64,000 bases of DNA, taken from Octopus sinensis. Taxonomy: Eukaryota. The DNA lies in NCBI RefSeq assembly GCF_006345805.1, contig NC_043007.1, forward strand, positions 77,376,001 through 77,440,000, in the 5' to 3' direction. Positions within the stretch are counted from its first letter, which is position 1; each line of letters begins with the position of its first letter. This document shows positions 63,996 to 64,000 of this stretch, piece by piece. A program made the translations under genes and the position numbers. Under the pieces are notes generated by a model. That model searched no databases, was not told the origin of the DNA, and worked only from the letters and a program-made list of their open reading frames with translations.

Positions 63996-64000
63996 TAATA

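Overview
Repeat-saturated, AT-rich animal genomic DNA, most likely an intron or intergenic region of an octopod cephalopod (inferred from the tRNA-headed SINE families and the extreme TA/CA/TACA/TATC/TAT microsatellite load). I find no intact host protein-coding exon. Nearly all ORFs in the track are microsatellite or SINE artefacts. Recognisable content: four tRNA-derived SINE families (labelled A-D here), decayed RTE, CR1-like and R4-like non-LTR retrotransposons, two mariner pseudogenes, several MITEs, a Helitron Rep/helicase remnant, a clean non-autonomous Helitron and a 100-N gap. The most interesting signal is non-coding. At least nine minimal type I hammerhead-ribozyme-like motifs from about five sequence families occur here, mostly in short elements in or beside (TA)n runs. 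Some are associated with fold-back repeats, as expected for Penelope-like pLTR or retrozyme remnants. There is also a 14-copy 86-bp satellite born inside one SINE, and multimeric SINEs bounded by single target-site duplications. Coordinates were read by eye. Element ends are approximate unless a TSD or TIR is quoted, and no database search or folding program was run.
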